This document shows positions 35,222-42,995 of a DNA stretch of 64,000 nt, one piece after another. Below the pieces are notes generated by a model. That model had not been told where the DNA came from and did no database searches. It saw only the letters and a list, made by a program, of their open reading frames with translations. A program made the translations under genes and the position numbers. Origin of the DNA: a virus (Duplodnaviria > Caudoviricetes); the IMG/VR virus record IMGVR_UViG_3300047469_000103, positions 128,001 to 192,000 of that record; one strand, written 5' to 3'. The first letter of the stretch is position 1, and each line of letters opens with the position of its first letter.

Positions 35222-35251
35222 CTGCACATTCCGAAACCGGCGAATGTGCAG
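35222..35251. other. perfect 10-bp inverted repeat CTGCACATTC-N10-GAATGTGCAG
   Basis: Just after the 35262 stop; no U-tract on either strand. Confidence 0.6.
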
Positions 35252-35261
35252 GAAGGCTTAT

Positions 35262-35510
35262 CTAGATTCGCGGAAGCCAGTTAAACCGCTTCCAGCCGCA
35301 TACAACAGGCAACCAAAGGAAAACGATGGTTGCGCCCGCTTCCAGCCACGCCCGCGCCTTCAGCCAGCCGCGTAGCTCGTTATAGTGCTGGTAAGTTGTC
35401 GCGCACTGTTCGTCAGTCTCGCGCATTTCCCGAATGTACAGAATCGAAACGGCGAACATTCCCGCGCCGATTGTCAGGTAAACGAGAACCACTATCAGAA
35501 TGTAGAACAT
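35262..35510 (-). CDS. two-TM membrane protein
   Basis: Start reassigned to ATG 35510 (MFYILIV). Confidence 0.7.
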   Translation of the reverse strand: MFYILIVVLVYLTIGAGMFAVSILYIREMRETDEQCATTYQHYNELRGWLKARAWLEAGATIVFLWLPVVCGWKRFNWLPRI

Positions 35511-35512
35511 GC

Positions 35513-36184
35513 TCAACCCTCGACAGTCTGCCAACCAGTGGCGTCGGCTTGTAGACGTTTCAGCGCAGACATAGAAACGTACATCGGCACCAGAACGTTA
35601 TAGGCCGATTCGAAATCAATATCCGGCGAACCCGATTCGAAAAGCTCAATTCCGCGTGCGGTGATGCTTTCCTTTTCATCGTCGAGAACCTTAGCCATTT
35701 CTTCAGCTTCAGCAATCGACCATTCCAACGAACCGCGCACGTCGGCGTAAAACGCGCCTAGAATCTTTTTCATGTCGTCTTGAAAGATTTCCGACAGAAT
35801 TAAAACGCGGGTGAATTCCAATTCCGCGATTTCGCCAATGTGAATGTCTTGCGTGCGTTGAACGCGGTCGCTTTCCGTTTTCCAGTTCGCCGGTTTCAAC
35901 AACGCCAACGAATTCAAACCTGAATGGCAGCACTGGACAGCAACGCGCAATTCGAACAGTTGATTTTCAACCATACGGAATTGCTGTTCGTTGGTGATGG
36001 CTTCGACGTGCGAACCGAATTGATTCGGCGTGCCGTCTTCCTTTGCCCAGCCTGCAATGTTGCCTTCGCCGTCGATCCACGCAAACAACGTAAGATCGTT
36101 TTCATCCGCCACGCCCTTTTCAACCGGTTGCATTTCGAACGCGGCGTTTTTGTTAGCGCAGTGGAACACATAAACTGTAGACAT
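35513..36184 (-). CDS. hypothetical protein
   Basis: 223-aa ORF in gene chain. Confidence 0.8.
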   Translation of the reverse strand: MSTVYVFHCANKNAAFEMQPVEKGVADENDLTLFAWIDGEGNIAGWAKEDGTPNQFGSHVEAITNEQQFRMVENQLFELRVAVQCCHSGLNSLALLKPANWKTESDRVQRTQDIHIGEIAELEFTRVLILSEIFQDDMKKILGAFYADVRGSLEWSIAEAEEMAKVLDDEKESITARGIELFESGSPDIDFESAYNVLVPMYVSMSALKRLQADATGWQTVEG

Positions 36185-36187
36185 GAT

Positions 36188-36625
36188 TTATTCCTCGATT
36201 ACAAACGTTGTAGTGATGCCGATAACCAAACCGTCGTCGGCCACGCCGGTACGAATGCGGTGTTTTAATTTCTTGCCTTCAAATGCCACGCGATAGCGAT
36301 ACATATGCGTGCGCATTAATTCCTGTGCATCTTTCAGCAATTCGCCGCCGCCGACCGACGTTAATTCGTTGTCGTCGGAAACGGTGCATTCCATTTCGAT
36401 TGCGCCAAGATATTGATGGCTGGTGAATTCGTCCGGCATACCAATTGGCATAACGAACGAACCGTCGGTGCGATTCGGAAGGCCGTCGATGCGTGCATAA
36501 CCTAAAAGGTCGCCGTCATCATTAAACCACTCATACGATTTATGCTCGCGTGGATGTGGATCGCCTTTGTTAACTTGCGTGCCGTCGAAACGTTTATCGG
36601 CACAGCGGTAAATATGCGTGTTCAT
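36188..36625 (-). CDS. hypothetical protein
   Basis: ORF in gene chain. Confidence 0.8.
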   Translation of the reverse strand: MNTHIYRCADKRFDGTQVNKGDPHPREHKSYEWFNDDGDLLGYARIDGLPNRTDGSFVMPIGMPDEFTSHQYLGAIEMECTVSDDNELTSVGGGELLKDAQELMRTHMYRYRVAFEGKKLKHRIRTGVADDGLVIGITTTFVIEE

Positions 36626-36843
36626 TATTTGCTCTCCACGTAGGTGACGAATTCTTTACCGATGGTTGCCCATTTCTCTAAATCGAATTGCGACAGCTTG
36701 CGAACGTGGAAGGTTTTACGTTCCATGTAAATTCCGGCTTCTGCATTTGTGTAATCCAAATAGTATTGGTGCAGGCCAGCTTTACCGAGAGTCAAATGCG
36801 GGCAACCGATCGCAGCGATGATCGTGGTTTTATTAATTGCCAT
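36625..36843 (-). CDS. hypothetical early protein
   Basis: ATG 36843 behind TAAGGGAAGTTT. Confidence 0.75.
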   Translation of the reverse strand: MAINKTTIIAAIGCPHLTLGKAGLHQYYLDYTNAEAGIYMERKTFHVRKLSQFDLEKWATIGKEFVTYVESK

Positions 36844-36903
36844 GTTCAAACTTCCCTTATCTCGTGAGTGACAAATCTGGTAGGCATATTTGCCGAGGAT
36901 TGA

Positions 36904-36933
36904 ATCGTCTCACTTTCCTTGTCCCATCGTCAA
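36904..36933 (-). promoter_or_regulatory. sigma70-type promoter TTGACG-N18-GACGAT (TGn extension)
   Basis: Followed by CTCGGCAAATATGCC (36883..36897). Confidence 0.55.
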
Positions 36934-36971
36934 GCGCCCGCGCAAAACTTTCTGCAACGGGCGCACAGGCG

Positions 36972-37364
36972 TTAGGCGGCGGCGTAGGCGCTAACCTGTT
37001 CGACGATCTTGGCGCCACGCGTTTTGGAAGCGCGGGAACTTGGTTCGCCGTTTATGTAGAAGGCAACCGGGCGATTCATCTTTGACTTGCCGCGCACGAT
37101 TGCATAACCGTGCATGACAATCCCCGATTTGAAATTGAGTACGACCTTTTCACCGTTGCTCAATTTGTACGTTCCGCGTTCGGTGATAATTACATCCGAC
37201 TCGACGGGAATAAATTCTACCGTCACATTTTCCGGTGCGCCCATTGCTTTTGCACACGCAGTTAATTGGTCGGACGTTTCTTTGCTGTCGCTGTACCAGT
37301 GAACGAAATCCTGTTGCACTTTGCCAGTCATGACAATTCGCGTGCCGTAAATTTTATTACTCAT
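36972..37364 (-). CDS. hypothetical protein
   Basis: ORF in gene chain. Confidence 0.8.
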   Translation of the reverse strand: MSNKIYGTRIVMTGKVQQDFVHWYSDSKETSDQLTACAKAMGAPENVTVEFIPVESDVIITERGTYKLSNGEKVVLNFKSGIVMHGYAIVRGKSKMNRPVAFYINGEPSSRASKTRGAKIVEQVSAYAAA

Positions 37365-37554
37365 ATTGCTTTCCTCGATTTACGTGACGCTGTAGCGCCT
37401 CTACTAATTCAGCCTTCCGGTGCGACTGCTTTTCCTTCTCTGCACTTTCCAGTTCCAACGTTAACCGGTTCTCACGCATGTAAACGCCGAACGCACACAA
37501 CAGCATGACAACGTAACCTGCCATACAACCGTACATGACATATTCAGGACGCAT
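37357..37554 (-). CDS. single-TM protein
   Basis: Start reassigned to ATG 37554 behind GGAG. Confidence 0.7.
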   Translation of the reverse strand: MRPEYVMYGCMAGYVVMLLCAFGVYMRENRLTLELESAEKEKQSHRKAELVEALQRHVNRGKQYE

Positions 37555-37575
37555 ATTTTTATTCTCCATACGAGA

Positions 37576-37598
37576 AAACCGGACACTAGGCCCGGTTT
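37576..37598 (-). terminator. intrinsic terminator
   Basis: AAACCGG-GCCTAGTGT-CCGGTTT-TCTCGT. Confidence 0.65.
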
Positions 37599-37631
37599 CT
37601 ACTTTTGAGGTTTTATTGCGTTGGTGTCACC

Positions 37632-37898
37632 TTACTGAATTCGAATTGGTTCAAGTTCGCCTTTCGGCCAGCAGACGGTGCCGTGTTCGTTAATACGTGC
37701 GCCGGGAGTGCAAAGCCATACCATCATGTCTTTGTCGATTTGCTCAGGCGGCACAATACTGTTGTAGGCACACAGCGCGTCAGATACGGTTGCGCCTTTT
37801 CCCCAGTATCCGTTTTTGTGAACCATGACGTAAGACAGCGAAGCGTCCACGGTATGGTCAGCGAGAAATTTCTCAACAACGGATTTACGTGCGGTCAT
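37632..37898 (-). CDS. hypothetical protein
   Basis: Start reassigned to ATG 37898 (MTARKS) behind GGGAG. Confidence 0.75.
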   Translation of the reverse strand: MTARKSVVEKFLADHTVDASLSYVMVHKNGYWGKGATVSDALCAYNSIVPPEQIDKDMMVWLCTPGARINEHGTVCWPKGELEPIRIQ

Positions 37899-37944
37899 TT
37901 TATTTCTCCCACAATTTATTTTAAGGTTGGCAGAGCGACCAGCT

Positions 37945-38301
37945 TTACCACGTAGCAGGAATGACGTTGCGGTGAACCAGCGGTTTGAGAATGTCGGCCA
38001 GCGCTTCGACTGCTTTCTTTTGCGCTGGTGTTGGTTTTTCGTTTCCGAAATACGTTCCACCTTCCAATGCCTCCGCAAGAATTTCCGCGTCGGACACAGA
38101 TTGCAGAGTAACGGTCACGGCTTTTTCAGGCCGCATTAACAGAACGAATTTCGTGGCCGAGTCAACGAGACGTTTTCGTGTCTCCTTGCTGCGGTCGTCG
38201 TAAAGCTCTTCGATCAGACCATCATCGGTAAGAAGCTGCACACGATGATAAAGAACCTCTACCTGAAATTGCGTCAGATTTAATTCTTGCGGATATTGCA
38301 T
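37945..38301 (-). CDS. hypothetical protein
   Basis: Start reassigned to ATG 38301 (MQYPQE). Confidence 0.75.
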   Translation of the reverse strand: MQYPQELNLTQFQVEVLYHRVQLLTDDGLIEELYDDRSKETRKRLVDSATKFVLLMRPEKAVTVTLQSVSDAEILAEALEGGTYFGNEKPTPAQKKAVEALADILKPLVHRNVIPATW

Positions 38302-38321
38302 GATAATGCCCCTTTGCTTGT

Positions 38322-38525
38322 TTATGGTTTTACGCGTTTCACTTTTACGTTGGTGCAGTGCCGACAAACCATTGTGTAGCTGCGGTGATGGATAATTCCA
38401 GCAGCAGCCATATCAGCGGCAATAATGCTGCCGTCTTGCGCTGCCGTCCATTTTACGTCTTCGATTGCGACACATTTGTAATCGTGTTCACACAGGCCCA
38501 ACAGGCGGCGCAGAAGTTTAAGCAT
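38322..38525 (-). CDS. small Cys/His protein (DUF1660-like)
   Basis: LLRRLLGLCEHDY...VCRHC. Confidence 0.65.
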   Translation of the reverse strand: MLKLLRRLLGLCEHDYKCVAIEDVKWTAAQDGSIIAADMAAAGIIHHRSYTMVCRHCTNVKVKRVKP

Positions 38526-38533
38526 GCGTCACC

Positions 38534-38908
38534 TCAGAAATTCAATGCGCGATGTGCGCCGGAACGTGCCAGTTTGAAAATGGCGCCGTCTTTATAGTAG
38601 ACCGAAATATTCGTTTCCAGTCCTTCGCGGCTGTAGCAGTAGAAATCCAGAATGGCGCGACCGTCTTCGGTCAATTCCACGCCCTTACGAAAATCAGCCC
38701 ACGAAATTAAATCAGCGAGGTCGGTGTCTTGCCAATTTTCCGTTTTCGCAACGATGGCAATATTAGCCGAAAAGGTTTCGCTGTGATCTTGCGTGTTAAG
38801 GCGTGTGCCGAGTTCCATACGGCTCAGGTTGCGCACTTCCTGTTTTGTGTAGTCGCGAATCTTTTTGCATTCTTCAGCAGTTGGTTTCCACAGTTTCGAA
38901 ATTGCCAT
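38534..38908 (-). CDS. hypothetical protein
   Basis: GAGGA RBS. Confidence 0.8.
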   Translation of the reverse strand: MAISKLWKPTAEECKKIRDYTKQEVRNLSRMELGTRLNTQDHSETFSANIAIVAKTENWQDTDLADLISWADFRKGVELTEDGRAILDFYCYSREGLETNISVYYKDGAIFKLARSGAHRALNF

Positions 38909-38931
38909 TGTCGTTTCCTCTTAGGGTCAGA

Positions 38932-38967
38932 TTGGTTTACTACTGACAAAGCCCGCACGAGGCGGGC
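38932..38967 (-). repeat. family-2 hairpin/terminator plus TTTGTCAGTAGTAAACCAA cassette
   Basis: Near-identical to 25526..25561. Confidence 0.8.
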
Positions 38968-38972
38968 TATGT

Positions 38973-39482
38973 TTACTCAGGCTGATAAATCTCGACGGAT
39001 TTAATCGGGCCTTTGAATTTGAAACAGCGGGCGATGAAATCGCGCACGTCTTCTTCAGACTTGCCGTATTCCTGTTGCACTGCGCCGTTCTCGAAAGTGA
39101 TGGTGTAAAGTTGCTCGCCCATTGGAGGCTCCTTGATGGTTTTCAGATGTTGTAGAATTCGGTGATGCGCATTTATTTCGTTGCGCATTCTTTCCGCTGC
39201 TTCTGCGCCGTGTTCGTATTCGTGATCCGCGAACGGACTGTTATACGCTTCAGCTTCTTTATAGTCGCGAATGAGCGCCTGAATATCCGCTGAATCAAAC
39301 CACGACAACGCACGTTCGGCACGTTCCAGAATTGTACGCGTGCCGGTGAAGGCTTGATGATTCTCCACCTTGTTCAAAACATCGACCGTCACGCCCATAT
39401 AATGAGCAAGGTCACTGCTTTTAATGCCGAGGCGAATTCGCCAGCGTTGCAAATTGCGTCCGGTCAATTCACACGTTGCCAT
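38973..39482 (-). CDS. XRE/Cro-type HTH protein with extra C-terminal domains
   Basis: LTGRNLQRWRIRLGIKSSDLAHYMGVTVDVLNKVEN fits the XRE HTH pattern. Confidence 0.7.
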   Translation of the reverse strand: MATCELTGRNLQRWRIRLGIKSSDLAHYMGVTVDVLNKVENHQAFTGTRTILERAERALSWFDSADIQALIRDYKEAEAYNSPFADHEYEHGAEAAERMRNEINAHHRILQHLKTIKEPPMGEQLYTITFENGAVQQEYGKSEEDVRDFIARCFKFKGPIKSVEIYQPE

Positions 39483-39672
39483 TTTTGCGCGCTTCCTCTT
39501 CTGCTTCCTGTTCGATCTTTTCGATTTCGGCGGTCATACGTGCGTATGCTTCCGACCGACGTTTATAGTACATATGCACCTTGTACATTTTCCGGCCTTC
39601 CCACGCGAACCACGCAATGAGCGCGAGAATGATTAAAACGTACACGGTGCGGAGAACTATTTGCGGTTCCAT
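39469..39672 (-). CDS. single-TM protein
   Basis: Hydrophobic aa 9-24, charged helix. Confidence 0.75.
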   Translation of the reverse strand: MEPQIVLRTVYVLIILALIAWFAWEGRKMYKVHMYYKRRSEAYARMTAEIEKIEQEAEEEARKNGNV

Positions 39673-40031
39673 TATTTCGCACTCAGCAAGTCAACAATGA
39701 ATGGATCGCAAATATCAGCGCCTTGATTTTGCAGAAACTCGACAAGCTCAACAGTCGAATTACCACGGCACAAAAGTTCGCCCGCTAAAGTGACGATGCT
39801 GAAATTCGAATTCTGATCCCACAGGTTAATTGAGAACCAGATATATTCGTGGGTGCCGTCATTCAAAATGCGACGGACATGGAAAGAACAACCGCCGACA
39901 AAATCTTCACGGCTAACACGAACCACGTTTTCGTTGAAAAGCGTTTCGACGATGGTCGGCAGAACACGCGACGGCACCATGATTGTGTTGCGCAGTTGTG
40001 CTTTCGATGCAGCTACAGATTGCAGAGTCAT
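39672..40031 (-). CDS. hypothetical early protein
   Basis: First gene after the 40090 promoter. Confidence 0.8.
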   Translation of the reverse strand: MTLQSVAASKAQLRNTIMVPSRVLPTIVETLFNENVVRVSREDFVGGCSFHVRRILNDGTHEYIWFSINLWDQNSNFSIVTLAGELLCRGNSTVELVEFLQNQGADICDPFIVDLLSAK

Positions 40032-40089
40032 AGGAAACGTTCCTTATTGCGTGAGTTCAAAAGTCGGTAGGCATATTTGCCGAGACTCA

Positions 40090-40119
40090 ATATTGCACGA
40101 ATCGGCATTCAGTTGTCAA
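40090..40119 (-). promoter_or_regulatory. sigma70-type promoter TTGACA-N18-CAATAT
   Basis: Perfect -35; followed by CTCGGCAAATATGCC (40070..40084). Confidence 0.65.
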
Positions 40120-40127
40120 TCCCCCGT

Positions 40128-40316
40128 TTACGCAAGGGACTTCCAACGGCGTACTGGTTTCTCTACATCGCGTTTCAGAAGTTTGGCCCATTGCACTTTG
40201 AACTGCGTGCGGCCATAAAGTGCTTCAAGTTCGGCAGCCGGTTTTGTATCCGCATATACGGTTATGGTGGCGCTGGTGAAATGCGCGTTTGTGATGCGGA
40301 CAGAATATTTGTTCAT
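40128..40316 (-). CDS. hypothetical protein
   Basis: ORF between a terminator and a promoter. Confidence 0.7.
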   Translation of the reverse strand: MNKYSVRITNAHFTSATITVYADTKPAAELEALYGRTQFKVQWAKLLKRDVEKPVRRWKSLA

Positions 40317-40342
40317 GAAAAATCGCCGGGGGAGAAACGAAA

Positions 40343-40365
40343 AAGCCCCGCACGAGGCGAGGCTT
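40343..40365 (-). terminator. family-2 related terminator AAGCCTCGCCTCGTGCGGGGCTTTTCGT
   Basis: Same GCCTCGTGCGGG core as 25546 and 38952. Confidence 0.65.
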
Positions 40366-40378
40366 AGTCTTTTACGTT

Positions 40379-40912
40379 TTAGTCTTTCTTGCCACTGACA
40401 GGAACAATTACAGAACCATCCTCAGTGCGGCGATTACCTTTTTCTTCAGCGCGGCGAATATCTTCGTCGTGCATATCTGCGACATTACCGAAATTGCGTT
40501 TACGTTCGGCGGCTTTGTCTTCCGCATTCGCATCAATCAAATGTTGCAACGAATTGAAGTGCGTCATGCCGCGACCGGTAGCTGGCAGGAAATAAGCGTC
40601 GGCACGTTGCGCGTGTGCTTCAAGGCCGGACGGTTCCCCTTTCTTTGCCATTTCCACAAATACGCTGTACCCATCACCGAATTCCGTGAAAATCCATTCA
40701 CCGAAACGCTGGTGCGCTTCACGCGTGGTCATATAGTCGGCCAGTTCTTCGGAAAACTTACCGAGGCGCAGATTCGAGAATTTCATCAGTTCGAAGAAAT
40801 CGCGAGTCTTAACGAACGCACGGGATTTGCCTTGACGCATGGTAATGTCCAAAACGACTTTAACGCCATCGGCCATTTTCGAAACGTCAGCAGGGTTCAT
40901 GTTGATAGGCAT
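40379..40912 (-). CDS. hypothetical protein
   Basis: 177-aa ORF, GGAG RBS. Confidence 0.8.
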   Translation of the reverse strand: MPINMNPADVSKMADGVKVVLDITMRQGKSRAFVKTRDFFELMKFSNLRLGKFSEELADYMTTREAHQRFGEWIFTEFGDGYSVFVEMAKKGEPSGLEAHAQRADAYFLPATGRGMTHFNSLQHLIDANAEDKAAERKRNFGNVADMHDEDIRRAEEKGNRRTEDGSVIVPVSGKKD

Positions 40913-41000
40913 TGCAGTAACTCCAAAATCCAGCGCGAAAGATTCACCGGGCGCCAGCGGCTGGAAAACCAGCGCCTAGTGTTTGTTGCTCAAATGTTCT

Positions 41001-41231
41001 TTACAGTTTTTCGCGTTCGGCGCGAATGTCGAGGAATTCAGGCTGAATGCCGAAATTCTCTTTGACGTAATCAATGCCGGTTCCCCGCGCCACTTCAAAG
41101 CGTGGCGTAGGGCTTTCGTTAAACGGCCAGATGCACGGCTTCAAACCTTTCGTGTGCAACTGGATAAGGTCGGGGCCGTGATCGCAATGTAGAACGACGA
41201 TTTTTTCGATTTCAAGCATCAGTCGTTTCAC
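41001..41231 (-). CDS. hypothetical protein
   Basis: Start probably GTGA overlap at 41231 (or ATG 41219). Confidence 0.65.
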   Translation of the reverse strand: MKRLMLEIEKIVVLHCDHGPDLIQLHTKGLKPCIWPFNESPTPRFEVARGTGIDYVKENFGIQPEFLDIRAEREKL

Positions 41232-41587
41232 AGGATCATTCCCGACCGAACCAAACGGAAGTGATCGGCGCAATCGAATTTCAAATCGGTTGCTTGCGTG
41301 CCAATTTGGAACGGCAACAATTTCGCATGGAAGCGATTTTGGTTGTGTTCGTTTTTGTGATCCAGATGGCGCGCTTCTTCGGTCATTGCCGCGTTAGCGT
41401 ATTCCCACGCTTTCCATTGTTCATCCGTTTGAGGCGCACGGTCGGTATTAATGAACAAACCATCAAGGGTACGAATCGCACCAATGAGGTTAATGCTCAA
41501 ACCCGAATCCGCTGGAATGAAATAGAAATCAACACCTTCAGGATTCCGTTCAAATGTGAACAGGATTGCTTCGTGTGCAGCGCTCAT
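41228..41587 (-). CDS. hypothetical early protein
   Basis: Start reassigned to ATG 41587 behind AAGGA. Confidence 0.75.
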   Translation of the reverse strand: MSAAHEAILFTFERNPEGVDFYFIPADSGLSINLIGAIRTLDGLFINTDRAPQTDEQWKAWEYANAAMTEEARHLDHKNEHNQNRFHAKLLPFQIGTQATDLKFDCADHFRLVRSGMIL

Positions 41588-41669
41588 GATGTATGTCCTT
41601 TTCAACGAGTGAGAAAACTTCCGCTAATCCGTGAGTGTCGAATCGCGACCTCTGCGGGCTAGAGCGCCC

Positions 41670-41698
41670 ATCCTACAGGGCTTGCGGGCCTGTGTCAA
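41670..41698 (-). promoter_or_regulatory. sigma70-type promoter TTGACA-N17-TAGGAT
   Basis: Direct match; leader carries GATTCGAC-ACTCACG. Confidence 0.7.
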
Positions 41699-41705
41699 CC
41701 CGGTG

Positions 41706-41924
41706 TCAGTCGTCGAGCCGGTCAGTGTGTTCGATGTACGCATAGACGTAATCGTCTGGCGTTGGAATATCGTTTGCGTACCATTCCGCGAGCTTTTCTT
41801 CCGCTTCGCGTAATGTCCAACATTCTTTGTAAACGTCGCGTTCTAATTCGGGTTCAAATGTGTGAGGATTGGAAACCGCAATCACAAACCAAACGACGTA
41901 GACTTCAATTCGATTGTGTCGCAT
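41706..41924 (-). CDS. hypothetical protein
   Basis: AAGGA RBS before ATG 41924, overlapping the LytTR stop. Confidence 0.7.
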   Translation of the reverse strand: MRHNRIEVYVVWFVIAVSNPHTFEPELERDVYKECWTLREAEEKLAEWYANDIPTPDDYVYAYIEHTDRLDD

Positions 41925-42315
41925 CAGCGCCTTCCTTTGCGGTGAGTTCCGCTAATGCGCGATTTGCTTCGTTGGATTTTACAATGCTGCGGATTACAGG
42001 TTTTTCACGACGGGAAATAGGCGACACGTGACCGTTGTTCAAATGCACGTCATACATGCCATTCAGCGTCCGACTCATACTGACTACCGAGTCCCGGCGA
42101 ACCAGAACGCCGCGATGGCTGCGCACAAAAAGATCGCCGTAACGCTTTTCCAATTCGACCAAAGAAATGTCGAGGATCGGACGGCGTTCGTTTTTACGCA
42201 AAACCACTTCGGTATATTTCTGACTGGATTCAAACGCAACGATATCGTCGAGTTTGTATTCCATAGCAACCCGGCCATTCGTGTATGTGAATTCGGTCAC
42301 GCGTGCCTGTTCCAT
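41905..42315 (-). CDS. stand-alone LytTR-family DNA-binding protein
   Basis: DDIVAFESSQKYTEVV...ISLVELEKRY...FVRSHRGVLV...VSPISRR is a LytTR signature; no receiver domain. Confidence 0.85.
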   Translation of the reverse strand: MEQARVTEFTYTNGRVAMEYKLDDIVAFESSQKYTEVVLRKNERRPILDISLVELEKRYGDLFVRSHRGVLVRRDSVVSMSRTLNGMYDVHLNNGHVSPISRREKPVIRSIVKSNEANRALAELTAKEGADATQSN

Positions 42316-42324
42316 TTCTATTCC

Positions 42325-42930
42325 TTACGTTGCGAGAAGTTTCAGCAAAATTGCGAGTTCATCTTTCGAACGCTGCGCAATGCTTTCTTGCGTCTTCGTG
42401 CTACTCGATTTGAAGTAGAGCTTTACAGTATCGCCACGGTACTTCTGAACCTTGTTGATAAAGTCCGAATCGGAGCCTTTGAAGTTGGCGCCCAACGCTT
42501 TGATAATCAGCGAAGTGTTTGCACCGTACTGCACAGCAACCGAGAACACGCATTCGCGCACAGCAACGTGACGATCTTTAACAACGATGCCATTTGCCAG
42601 AAGCTTTGCCGCTTGCGGTTCGTAGTGGGTTGAAGCGATGTAAAGAAACTGATTTGTTTCGAATTCCAACGGCTTCGCGTTTGCGATTTGGTTATACACC
42701 GCTGTGAATTCTTTCGTGCCCGGTTGCAGACCTTTGAATTGCGCCTGATATGCCGTGCCGAATTTCGATGCAACGAATGCCGCCATGCTGCCGTTATTCG
42801 ATGCGAGTTGGTGAGCGCCGTAGGACACGCCGCCGTTATCACCTTTGCCTGTACTTACGGTTTTTACACCGCGACCGCCCGACTCAAAACGTGCCGAAAC
42901 ATCGCCAGTGATTTCGCGATAAGTAGACAT
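42325..42930 (-). CDS. lysozyme-like muramidase (VgrG3 C-terminal-like), putative endolysin
   Basis: VSARFESGGRGVKTVSTGKGDNGGVSYGAHQLAS; later VFSVAVQYG. Confidence 0.8.
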   Translation of the reverse strand: MSTYREITGDVSARFESGGRGVKTVSTGKGDNGGVSYGAHQLASNNGSMAAFVASKFGTAYQAQFKGLQPGTKEFTAVYNQIANAKPLEFETNQFLYIASTHYEPQAAKLLANGIVVKDRHVAVRECVFSVAVQYGANTSLIIKALGANFKGSDSDFINKVQKYRGDTVKLYFKSSSTKTQESIAQRSKDELAILLKLLAT

Positions 42931-42965
42931 AACACTTCCTCCTTTTTAGTGAGTGTTATGTCTAA

Positions 42966-42995
42966 ATTATCGCATTCAGTTTTAACGTTCCACAA
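42966..42995 (-). promoter_or_regulatory. possible extended -10 promoter TTGTGG-N18-(TGc)GATAAT
   Basis: Intergenic, upstream of ACACTCAC and GGAGG of the muramidase gene. Confidence 0.4.

Noticed and set aside
5166-42954. ACTCAC resemblance to the T7 promoter core (GACTCACTATAG)
   Set aside because: Only six bases match, no TATAG follows, and the motif lies downstream of sigma70-type promoters
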